From Chthoniobacteraceae bacterium (lineage in GTDB: Bacteria > Verrucomicrobiota > Verrucomicrobiia > Chthoniobacterales > Chthoniobacteraceae): a stretch of DNA of 33,608 nucleotides. The position numbers were made by a program, and so were the translations under genes. Position 1 is the first letter of the stretch; every line of letters begins with the position of its first letter. Location: positions 1 through 33,608 of the forward strand of contig JANNWY010000098.1 in assembly GCA_031409335.1 (NCBI GenBank), in the 5' to 3' direction. This document shows, in pieces, positions 16,601 through 23,917 of this stretch. The notes beneath the pieces were generated by a model. The model made no database searches. It saw only the letters and a list, made by a program, of their open reading frames with translations, and was not told the origin of the DNA.

Positions 16601-18593
16601 GACGACGGTGAACGCGGGCTCGCTGGTGCTTTCCGGCGACAACAATTTCGGGATCGGCACCGTGCTGGTGAATGGCGGCACGGCCACGCTCTCGGGCGCG
16701 AATACTTACACCGGCGCGACCACGCTGAATGCGGGCGGCACGCTGAACCTGAACAACGCCTCCGCCATCGGCGCGGGCACGCTTGCGATCTTCGGCGGCA
16801 CGCTCGACAACACGAATGGCGTCGCGGCGCTCACGACGGCGAATCCGCAGACGTGGAATGGCGACTTCACTTTCGCCGGCACGAACGGCTTCGATCTCGG
16901 CACCGGCGCGGTTACGATGACGGTGAACACGCAAGTAACCGTCGCGGCGAACACGCTCACCATCGGCGGTATCATCGGCGGGCCATTCTTCGCGCTGACA
17001 AAGGACGGCGCGGGCACGCTGCTGCTGAAGGCGCTGAATACTTTCAACGGCGGCTTGAACGTGAACAACGGCGCGGTGACCGTGGATACGAGCGCGCTCG
17101 TCAGCACGGCGAATCCGCTCAACACGAATGTGGTCACGGTCGCGAACGGTGCGGCGCTCACCATCAATCCCGGTGGGAATCAGGTGACGTTTGCGAATTC
17201 TTTCGCTGGCGGCGGCACCGTGAACATCGGCGGCAGTATCGTGGCGGCGAGCAACGAAACTTTCACCGGAAACTGGAGCGGCTTCACCGGCACCGTGAAC
17301 ATCGTCACTGGCGGCGGAAACAAGGCCAGCTTTACCAATGCCGCGTTCAGTCCATTCGACCCGGCCGCAATTGTGAACGTCACGCCGGGCGCGACTTTTT
17401 TCACGAGCGCGAAGGCGTTCTCGAACATCTTCACCATCGCGGGCACGGGCAACACCGAGAACCGCGGTGCGATCCGGATGGACAACGGCACTTCGCTGAA
17501 TGGCAACGTCGTCCTGCTCGGAAACGCGACCTTCGGCAATAGCACGGGCGGCAATACGTCAACCATCATCGGCGACGTCAGCGAATCGGGCGGCGCGTTC
17601 AGCCTCTCGACCGCGACGGTCATGGGGAATGCCGAAAGCACGATCGCGCTGGCGGGGAACAACACGTATTCGGGCGGCACGACGATCAACGCCGGCATCA
17701 TCCGCGCGAACAGCGACACAGCGCTTGGCGCGGGCACCGTCACGCTGAGTGCGACGGCGAACCGGCTCGTCATCAACGACGGGAACACGATCGCGAATCC
17801 GATCGTCATCACCGCGGGCGGCGGCACGGCGGGCCGCGGGAAAATCGAAAACTCCGGGGCCGGCATCGGCACTGTCGCGGGGTCGGTGACCATCAATGGC
17901 GCGTCCGGGGCTGGCGGACATTTCGCCAGCACCGGCGGCGGCACCCTCGCGGTGAATGGCGCGGTGACATCTTCCGTGCCCGTCACGGTGCGCGCGGGGA
18001 ACGTGGCCTTCAGCGGCGGCGGCAGCTACGCGGCGATGAATATTTTCACCGGCAACACCTCGATCGGCGCGGACGATGGCATCGCCACGACCGCCGTGCT
18101 CGATGTCGCGACGACTGGCGGCGCGGGCGCGACCACGCTCGATCTCGCGGGCTTCGATCAGGAAATCGCGGGCCTCATCCGCACGTCGGCGAATAGCAGC
18201 ACGGTCACGAATTCGAGCCTCACCGAGAGCATTCTGGAGATCAATGTCGCGGGTGCGGCGAGCTATTCCTACGCGGGCCTCATCACCGGCAATCTCGCGC
18301 TGACCAAGTCCGGCACGGGCACGCAGGTTTTGAAAACGACCGAGAGCTACACCGGCGCGACCAACGTGACTGGCGGCACGCTCGGCTTCGCCGCGAGCCA
18401 GACGCTCACGTCGCTCACCATCGCCGACGGCGCGACCGTGGTGCTCGATGCGACGCTCGCCGCGCCCGCGCCCGCGCTGTTTGAAGACGACGGGTTCGCC
18501 GGATCGAGTGCCGCGCCCGTCCCCGAGCCCGGCACCGCCGCGCTGCTCTTCGGCGGAATGCTCGCGATCTTCGGATTGCGCAGACGCTCGTAA
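13692..18593 (+). CDS. Large secreted autotransporter-associated beta-strand (passenger) repeat protein with C-terminal PEP-CTERM sorting signal
   Basis: Signal peptide MKIER...AAHAAHA; many LTKxGxGTLxLxGxNTYTGxTTVxxGTL repeats; ends VPEPGTAALLFGGMLAIFGLRRRS; no beta-barrel domain. Confidence 0.92.
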   Translation: MKIERPPTARRPHRRAILATTIAALFAAHAAHAAPITWSAATTIAGDADVITAGLFGYGYDFANLATTVNGVAFTGSNSFTALGTDVTLAGFAATNTTAFGSGAGNPFALLSAAYRNLLRGGTFTNGTPVPTATVTLNNLTIGRTYAAQVWVNDNRAGATATRTETISSPGGNTILLDYDSTNAAGGVGQFSVGLFAANAATQAFTLLGNASSQMNALQLRDVTNLGAWVGTGGATWDTATTNNFASNLFNAALNTTTFAAAQAPIRAVVFADVYWNSGATVPVTQTAVTIAAGGVSTGTVMFQNSALNYTIASSDAVGITGATNVTMLGTGMVTLDGAHTFTGAATIAAGTLKVGTAQIFTGSNALHMSGTGALELNGFNATFSTTSSAATTTISDNGLSAGLTTLSFIQTTNAAAIIGAAITEGAGRDIAVRITNANGTTSFTNPNSNFSGGLTLLHNVSGTRLTLGTIAATTGGPGAITSGPYGTGPITVGLAATDRAGLYFTVAGQTLVNDLVMNTALGTDRPGFRFDTTGNTLSGTITANLAPATFSTNTNGGVSLTGRVTGPRGLTLDNTFGTTINVTLNNATASPNDYQGDTTIAGTKGSINLGAADQIPNGASAGNVVNNGAVNLNGFNETINGLSGTGTVNGNSGAPTLIVGDNNAGGTFSGIVRDNSGVLALTKIGNGAQVLGGVNAYTGATTVSGGKLFVNGSLDFASTTTVGASATLGGLGTVNGPVIVSNGGALEAGHLGQNALNLANVTFGAASGDLSTIVFSNLAGGANAGVVNVLDFNGFTANGGAASIRLAGNVAGLTGGTYKLIGYSGAALGTTRFADTFTKNSRQVLGIADSAGTQIELTVATDPPKWTGLASGEWSTATLGAPKNWKLITAGTQTDFITSDAVLFEDLIGGTSAVDITGANVATGSVTFNNQNTAYTVSSGGVFGISDGLVVKNNTGTVTIATANSYTGGTTVNAGSLVLSGDNNFGIGTVLVNGGTATLSGANTYTGATTLNAGGTLNLNNASAIGAGTLAIFGGTLDNTNGVAALTTANPQTWNGDFTFAGTNGFDLGTGAVTMTVNTQVTVAANTLTIGGIIGGPFFALTKDGAGTLLLKALNTFNGGLNVNNGAVTVDTSALVSTANPLNTNVVTVANGAALTINPGGNQVTFANSFAGGGTVNIGGSIVAASNETFTGNWSGFTGTVNIVTGGGNKASFTNAAFSPFDPAAIVNVTPGATFFTSAKAFSNIFTIAGTGNTENRGAIRMDNGTSLNGNVVLLGNATFGNSTGGNTSTIIGDVSESGGAFSLSTATVMGNAESTIALAGNNTYSGGTTINAGIIRANSDTALGAGTVTLSATANRLVINDGNTIANPIVITAGGGTAGRGKIENSGAGIGTVAGSVTINGASGAGGHFASTGGGTLAVNGAVTSSVPVTVRAGNVAFSGGGSYAAMNIFTGNTSIGADDGIATTAVLDVATTGGAGATTLDLAGFDQEIAGLIRTSANSSTVTNSSLTESILEINVAGAASYSYAGLITGNLALTKSGTGTQVLKTTESYTGATNVTGGTLGFAASQTLTSLTIADGATVVLDATLAAPAPALFEDDGFAGSSAAPVPEPGTAALLFGGMLAIFGLRRRS

Positions 18594-18649
18594 AAACTGT
18601 GGAGGGGGGCCGTGCGTTTCTTGACGGGGGCGCATGGAAAACTCGTGGC

Positions 18650-18681
18650 GAGCGCCGCCCGGTGGGGACCGGGCGGCGCTC
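18650..18681. terminator. Perfect 14-bp hairpin between convergent genes (bidirectional terminator or REP-like)
   Basis: GAGCGCCGCCCGGT-GGGG-ACCGGGCGGCGCTC. Confidence 0.6.
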
Positions 18682-18692
18682 ATGCGAGATCG

Positions 18693-18860
18693 CTATTTTT
18701 GAAAATGTCCAATCGTGAACCAACGCCGCAGTTCCACTCGCACTGGCGCATTCATTTGCAGGAGCGCAACGGTGGTTCGTCCGCTGGCGGTCAGACCAGC
18801 GATCTCGTAGCGGTCATCCGCGCGACGGCGAAATGCATCGCGGGTCGCCGCCGAAATCAT
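18693..18860 (-). pseudogene. HNH endonuclease remnant (55 aa) lacking the entire HNH core
   Basis: Manual translation MISAATRDAFRRRADDRYEIAGLTASGRTTVALLQMNAPVRVELRRWFTIGHFQK*. It resembles the N- and C-termini of small PVC-type HNH proteins and has an ATGA overlap with the upstream gene. Confidence 0.7.
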
Positions 18861-19120
18861 GCGCGGCCCGCGAGGACGACTCGCGCGCGCGACTGCAGCA
18901 TCGCGACGAGATCGCCCAGGAGGATCAGCGCGTCGTATTCCTCGGCCTCGGCGGGCGACAACTGGCCTTCATTTGCCTTCTCCGCCAAGTCATCCAGACG
19001 CGCTTGCGTCTGCGGATCGGCCGGTGCCGCGAGGAGAGCCTGCGCGCTTTCGGCGTTGAGACAGCGGGCCACCGGGGAAATCGCGCGTTCCAGAGTGGCT
19101 TGGGTGGCGGTGCTTGGCAT
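18857..19120 (-). CDS. Small helical antitoxin-like protein of the type usually found upstream of HNH nucleases
   Basis: ISPVARCLNAESAQALLAAPADPQTQARLDDLAEKANEGQLSPAEAEEYDALI...LQSRAR pattern; ATG 19120; translationally coupled to the HNH remnant. Confidence 0.7.
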   Translation of the reverse strand: MPSTATQATLERAISPVARCLNAESAQALLAAPADPQTQARLDDLAEKANEGQLSPAEAEEYDALILLGDLVAMLQSRARVVLAGRA

Positions 19121-19228
19121 GGGCGGAAATTCGTGCCCGAACCGCGGTTCCGGCAAAAGCAATTTCGGCTCGCATGGGAACGTGTTGTTTGCGCGCCGCG
19201 GCGACAGTCATTTCAGACATCCTTCGTT

Positions 19229-22200
19229 TTGAAAATCACACGCTGCATCTTCCTCCCGATTTTCGCGTTCGCACTGCTGCTTGATCACGCCTCCGCGCTC
19301 ACGAACTCCAACTTCGAGGCCACGCCATTTTCCACCGGCTGGACCGTCACGGGCGCGCCGGTCGTCACGCCGGGACTGCGCGCCGGGTCCGCGCAGGGCG
19401 CGCGTTTCACCGGCAGCGCGCAGGCGCTCACGCAAAATGTCGTGTGGGGCGCGGATTGGTATCTCGACTGTTTCTTCGCGATCCGCAGCACGACGGGCCG
19501 CGCGTTTTCGCTCATCGTGTACAACGGCGCAAACATCGTCGTGAGCCTGCGCTACGAAGCGGGAAATTTCTCGACGTTCGACGGCACCTCGTGGGGCAGC
19601 GGCCTCGGGCTCGGCACTTGCACGGCGTCGGTGGATGCGAATGCGGACGGCGATCTCGACGACGCGGGCGACACGAAAAACGTCTATCACCTCCGCATCA
19701 CCGGCCACGGCTGGGGCACGGGCGCGGCGAATTACGATGTGGAAGTTTCCGACGCGAATGACGCCGCCTTTACGCGCGTCGCGACTGGCGTGACGCGCTA
19801 CCAAAACGTTTCCGCCACGACCGTCGTGCCCACTTCGATCGCGTTCAGCACGCAGTTCGGCACCAATCCCGGCTTCTGGCTCGACGACGTTTTTTCGCAT
19901 CAGGAAGGCGGGCCGGTGATCCGCAGTTTCCTCACGGATGCTGGAAATATCGGCGGCCCCGGCCTGCCCGCGAGCGCGACGCTTTCGTGGCTGGTGGAAA
20001 ATGGGGACACCATTTCCATCGGCGGCATCGGCCCGGTTGCGGCGAGCGGCAGCGCGGTCGTGGCGCCCGCGAGCGCGACGACTTACACGCTCACCGCCAC
20101 GCGCGCGCTGTCCGGCGGCAGTTCGAGTGCCGCGGTCAGCATCGCGGTGAACGCGAGCGCGCTCGCGCCGCGCATCACGGAGTTTTCCGCGGCGGACGGA
20201 TTGATCGAGGATGAAAATGGCGACCGTCCCGACTGGCTGGAAATTTTCAATCCGAACACCTTCACGCAGAACCTCGCGGGCTTCACCCTCACCGACTCCG
20301 CGCTCGATCTGGCGAAGTGGGCCTTCCCGCTCGCGAATATCGCGCCCGGAAAATACCTCGTCGTTTTCGCCTCGGGCAAAGACCGCAGGAGCACCGGCTC
20401 GCCGCTGCACACGAATTTTTCGCTCACCGCCTCCGGCGAATATCTCGCGCTGTCCGCGCCCGGCGGCGGCGTGCTCCAGCAATTCCCCGGCGACTATCCG
20501 ACGACGCTGCTTTTCCCGAAGCAAAGCGACCGCGTCACCTACGGCTTCGACGGCGCGGGCGCGCTGAAATACTTCAAGCCGCCGACGCCCGGCGTGGCGA
20601 ATGGCGGGGGCTTCGATGGCGTCGTCGCGGACACGACTTTTTCCGTGAAGCGCGGCATCTACACGACCGCGCAGACTGTGACCGTGGCGACGCCGACGCC
20701 CGGCGCGACGCTCGTGTACACGACGAACGGCAGCGTGCCCACGCTCGCTAATGGCACGCAAATCCCGCCCGCCAACGCGTCCGCGCCGCCGACCGTGACG
20801 ATGACGATCCACCCCGGCGCGGTGCCCGGCGGCGCGACTGGCGTGAACATTCCCTCGACCACCAATGGCACGACAACCCTGCGCGCCGCCGCTTTCAAAA
20901 CTGGCCTCGTGCCGACGAACGTGGACACGAACACTTACATCTTTCCCGCGACCGTCACGGGCACGTCGGTGATGAGTACGGTCGTCACGCAGAACCCGGC
21001 CTACGCTCCGCAGATGGTCGCGGCGCTCACCGATTTGCCGAGCGTTTCCGTGGTCACGCCATCCACGATCGTAAATGGGACGAGCGTGCTCTGCTCGTTT
21101 GAATACATCCCGACGAGCGGCGCGACGGTGCAGGAAAACGGCGGCGTCGAACTGTTCGGCGGCGCGTTCACGAACTTCGCGAAAAAGAGCTTTCGCGTTG
21201 CCTTCAAGTCCGACTTCGGCGCGACGAAAATCGAGATTCCCGCGCTGTTCACGAACTACGCGCGCGGGCGGAAACCGCTCACGAAATTCGACGCGCTCGA
21301 ACTCCGCAGCGGCTCGCACGACATGGCGCTGCGCGGCTTCTACATGTCGAATCCCTTCACCGACGCCACGATGCTCGACATGGGAAATCTCACTCCGCAC
21401 TCGCGCTTCGTTCACCTGTATTTGAATGGAACGTATTGGGGCATGTTTCATCTCCGCGAGCGGTGGGGCGCGGACATGGCGACGGGCTATCTCGGCGGGC
21501 CGAAGGAGGATCAGGAAAGCATCAACGGCAACTTCAATCAGGGCGGCTGGGCGACGCCCGGCGATCCCTACGACGGCGACGGCACCTCGTGGACGCGCAT
21601 CCAGTCGCTGCGCACCGACTACCTCGGCGTGCGCCCGTATCTCGACGTGCAAAACTACATCGACTTCATGCTGCTTTACCTTTTCGGCGGGAGCGAAAAT
21701 GAGTGGCGCGGCACCGGGCCGAAGAACATCGGCAGCGGCGCGAAGTATTTCCTGAACGACGCGGACGGCTTCCTCCCGACCGCCGCATACGCCGGCGGGC
21801 AGACCGGAAACAAAGCCACGAACCGCTCAAACCCCAACGTCGGCAGGCTCCCCGGCGACGGACCCGGCAGCGTCTTCAGCCAGCTCTGGCAGCAGGGCCA
21901 CATCGACTACAAAATGCTGCTCGCCGATCGCATTCACAAAATTTTCTTCAACGGCGGCGCGCTCACCGTCGCCGTGAATCAGTCGCGGCTGAATGCGCTC
22001 TGCGCGGAAATCGAACGCGCGATCATCCCCGAATGCGCACGCTGGCACACCGCGTCCGCCACGCTATTCCGCACGCCCGATACGTGGGTGACGGAGCGCG
22101 CCACGATGCTGAATTCGTGGCTGCCCGCGCGCACCGGCACCATCGTCGGCTTTCTCCAAACCGCCGGATATTATCCCGCGCTCGCCGCACCCGCATTTGG

Positions 22201-23236
22201 CGGCGGCACTGTTGCGGCGGGGACCGTGGTGAATTTTCCCGTCTCAGGCGCTACGATCTATTTTACCAAAGACGGCAGCGATCCGCGGCTGCCCGGCGGG
22301 GCGGTGAATCCCGCGGCATTCACCGGCACAAACACGGCGATGACGGCGAATACCTGGCTGCGTGCGCGGGCAAAAACCGGCGCGACTTGGAGCGCGCTGA
22401 ACGAGGCGTTTTACACGGTGACGACGCCGCTGACCGTGGGCGATGTCGTCTTCTCGGAAATCCACTACAATGCGCAGGGCGATGACGACGCGGAATTCAT
22501 CGAGCTTTGGAATCGCACCACGCACGCGGTCAATCTGCGCGGGGCGAAATTCACCGCGGGCCTGAGCTACGATTTTCCCGACAACCGCGACGTGCCGCTC
22601 GCGCCTGGCGGACGGCTCGTGCTCGTCGCGAGCCTCTACAATTTTCAACTGCGCCACGGCATCAACGTCCCCGTCGCCGGCGTGTATTTCGACCGGCTCG
22701 GCAACGACGGCGACACGCTGACGCTCGGCACCGCCGCGGGCGCGCAACTCATCTCGCTGAACTATCAGGATCTCGCACCGTGGCCCAACAGCGCCGACGG
22801 CGACGGCTACAGCCTCGTCCTCGCGAACGCCGCGCTGCCGCTCGAACCCGCAAGCTGGCGCACGAGCACCGCCCTTCACGGAAACCCCGGCACGAGCGAC
22901 GGGACCACCTTCTCAGGAAACGCGCTCGCCGACGCCGACACCGATGGCCTCCCCGCGATGTGCGAACATTTCTTCGCCACGAGCGACAGCATTCCCAACG
23001 GCCCGCCGCTCACCGCAGGCCGCACCCTCGACGGCCGCGCGACGCTCAGCTTCCCGCGCCGCCTCAGCGCGGACGATCTCACTTGCACGGTCGAAGTGAG
23101 CACCGATCTGGTGACGTGGATCGCCGACACCAGCCGCACCGCGCACATCAACCACGGCAACGGCACCGCGACGGAAACGTGGACGGCGAACGCAGGGGCG
23201 GCGCAGCAGTTCATGCGCGTGCGGGTGACAAAGTAG
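19229..23236 (+). CDS. Secreted CotH-kinase-family protein with two lamin-tail domains and Fn3-associated/chitobiase-like domains
   Basis: Signal peptide after TTG 19229. Lamin-tail-like ITEFSAA...DWLEIFNP and FSEIHYN...EFIELWN; YTTNGSVPT and YFTKDGSDPR; CotH-like FVHLYLNGTYWGMFHLRER and LDVQNYIDF. Confidence 0.85.
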   Translation: MKITRCIFLPIFAFALLLDHASALTNSNFEATPFSTGWTVTGAPVVTPGLRAGSAQGARFTGSAQALTQNVVWGADWYLDCFFAIRSTTGRAFSLIVYNGANIVVSLRYEAGNFSTFDGTSWGSGLGLGTCTASVDANADGDLDDAGDTKNVYHLRITGHGWGTGAANYDVEVSDANDAAFTRVATGVTRYQNVSATTVVPTSIAFSTQFGTNPGFWLDDVFSHQEGGPVIRSFLTDAGNIGGPGLPASATLSWLVENGDTISIGGIGPVAASGSAVVAPASATTYTLTATRALSGGSSSAAVSIAVNASALAPRITEFSAADGLIEDENGDRPDWLEIFNPNTFTQNLAGFTLTDSALDLAKWAFPLANIAPGKYLVVFASGKDRRSTGSPLHTNFSLTASGEYLALSAPGGGVLQQFPGDYPTTLLFPKQSDRVTYGFDGAGALKYFKPPTPGVANGGGFDGVVADTTFSVKRGIYTTAQTVTVATPTPGATLVYTTNGSVPTLANGTQIPPANASAPPTVTMTIHPGAVPGGATGVNIPSTTNGTTTLRAAAFKTGLVPTNVDTNTYIFPATVTGTSVMSTVVTQNPAYAPQMVAALTDLPSVSVVTPSTIVNGTSVLCSFEYIPTSGATVQENGGVELFGGAFTNFAKKSFRVAFKSDFGATKIEIPALFTNYARGRKPLTKFDALELRSGSHDMALRGFYMSNPFTDATMLDMGNLTPHSRFVHLYLNGTYWGMFHLRERWGADMATGYLGGPKEDQESINGNFNQGGWATPGDPYDGDGTSWTRIQSLRTDYLGVRPYLDVQNYIDFMLLYLFGGSENEWRGTGPKNIGSGAKYFLNDADGFLPTAAYAGGQTGNKATNRSNPNVGRLPGDGPGSVFSQLWQQGHIDYKMLLADRIHKIFFNGGALTVAVNQSRLNALCAEIERAIIPECARWHTASATLFRTPDTWVTERATMLNSWLPARTGTIVGFLQTAGYYPALAAPAFGGGTVAAGTVVNFPVSGATIYFTKDGSDPRLPGGAVNPAAFTGTNTAMTANTWLRARAKTGATWSALNEAFYTVTTPLTVGDVVFSEIHYNAQGDDDAEFIELWNRTTHAVNLRGAKFTAGLSYDFPDNRDVPLAPGGRLVLVASLYNFQLRHGINVPVAGVYFDRLGNDGDTLTLGTAAGAQLISLNYQDLAPWPNSADGDGYSLVLANAALPLEPASWRTSTALHGNPGTSDGTTFSGNALADADTDGLPAMCEHFFATSDSIPNGPPLTAGRTLDGRATLSFPRRLSADDLTCTVEVSTDLVTWIADTSRTAHINHGNGTATETWTANAGAAQQFMRVRVTK

Positions 23237-23296
23237 TCTTCGACTTTAGTCGGCGAGCCGAGTCGCACGGTTCAGCCGACTAAAGTCGCGGCCTGC
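23233..23296. repeat. GTAG-type REP doublet forming a 14-bp perfect inverted repeat
   Basis: CGACTTTAGTCGGC (23241-23254) and GCCGACTAAAGTCG (23275-23288); begins with GTAG, whose TAG is the CotH gene stop. Confidence 0.75.
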
Positions 23297-23447
23297 TTTC
23301 TTCCAAATTCCGTGTGCTGCTTCTGCCCGCTCACGACAAGCCGGTTGCTAGTGGCCTCAAAACTCATCCTCGTCACCCTTCTCGACTCCATCGCCGCGCC
23401 TCCTGGCTTTTCAGATTGAATGCGCGCTGGACCCGTGAATTTAACCG

Positions 23448-23462
23448 GCCCCAAAAAGGGGC
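23448..23462. promoter_or_regulatory. Palindromic candidate operator GCCCC-AAAAA-GGGGC
   Basis: Same architecture as 13576-13590, upstream of the second surface-protein locus. Confidence 0.4.
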
Positions 23463-23704
23463 AGGTGGCGGAGGAAATAGAATTTGACGGTGAGGGGTTG
23501 CGGTGGCCAGGAAATCAGGAGGTTTTTCGCTTACAGCTCACTTTGCGCCCCCGCGCAGGGTGCTGAGCAAGACCGCCGCACCAAATTTTCCGCCAGATCC
23601 GCATTATCCTGAAACCAAAGTCCGCCTCCCCACGTTCCCTCCCGGCCCAATCATTTCCCCGCATCACGCCAGCCCCCCCCGAAACACTGCGCCATCTCAT
23701 CGCT

Positions 23705-23845
23705 ATGAAAATCCATCCCCGCACCCTCCGAAACGCCATCCTCGCTGGCTCGGTCGCCGCGCTCGCCGCACAATTCGGAGCGGAAGCCGGCGGAGCCAGC
23801 GCCGCAGCCGTCCGCGAGCCCGGCAGCGCCGCGCTGCCTGCCTGA
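23705..23845 (+). pseudogene. 46-aa mini-ORF: signal peptide joined to a degenerate PEP-CTERM motif (collapsed surface-protein gene)
   Basis: Manual translation MKIHPRTLRNAILAGSVAALAAQFGAEAGGASAAAVREPGSAALPA*. Compare MKIER...RRAILATTIAALFAA and AGSSAAPVPEPGTAALL of the 13692 protein. Confidence 0.65.
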
Positions 23846-23917
23846 CGATTGACCTGGGCGCATCCATTCCCATCCACTTCGCAATTCTTCCTCTCCAGAC
23901 ATCGAAAGTTCCACACT

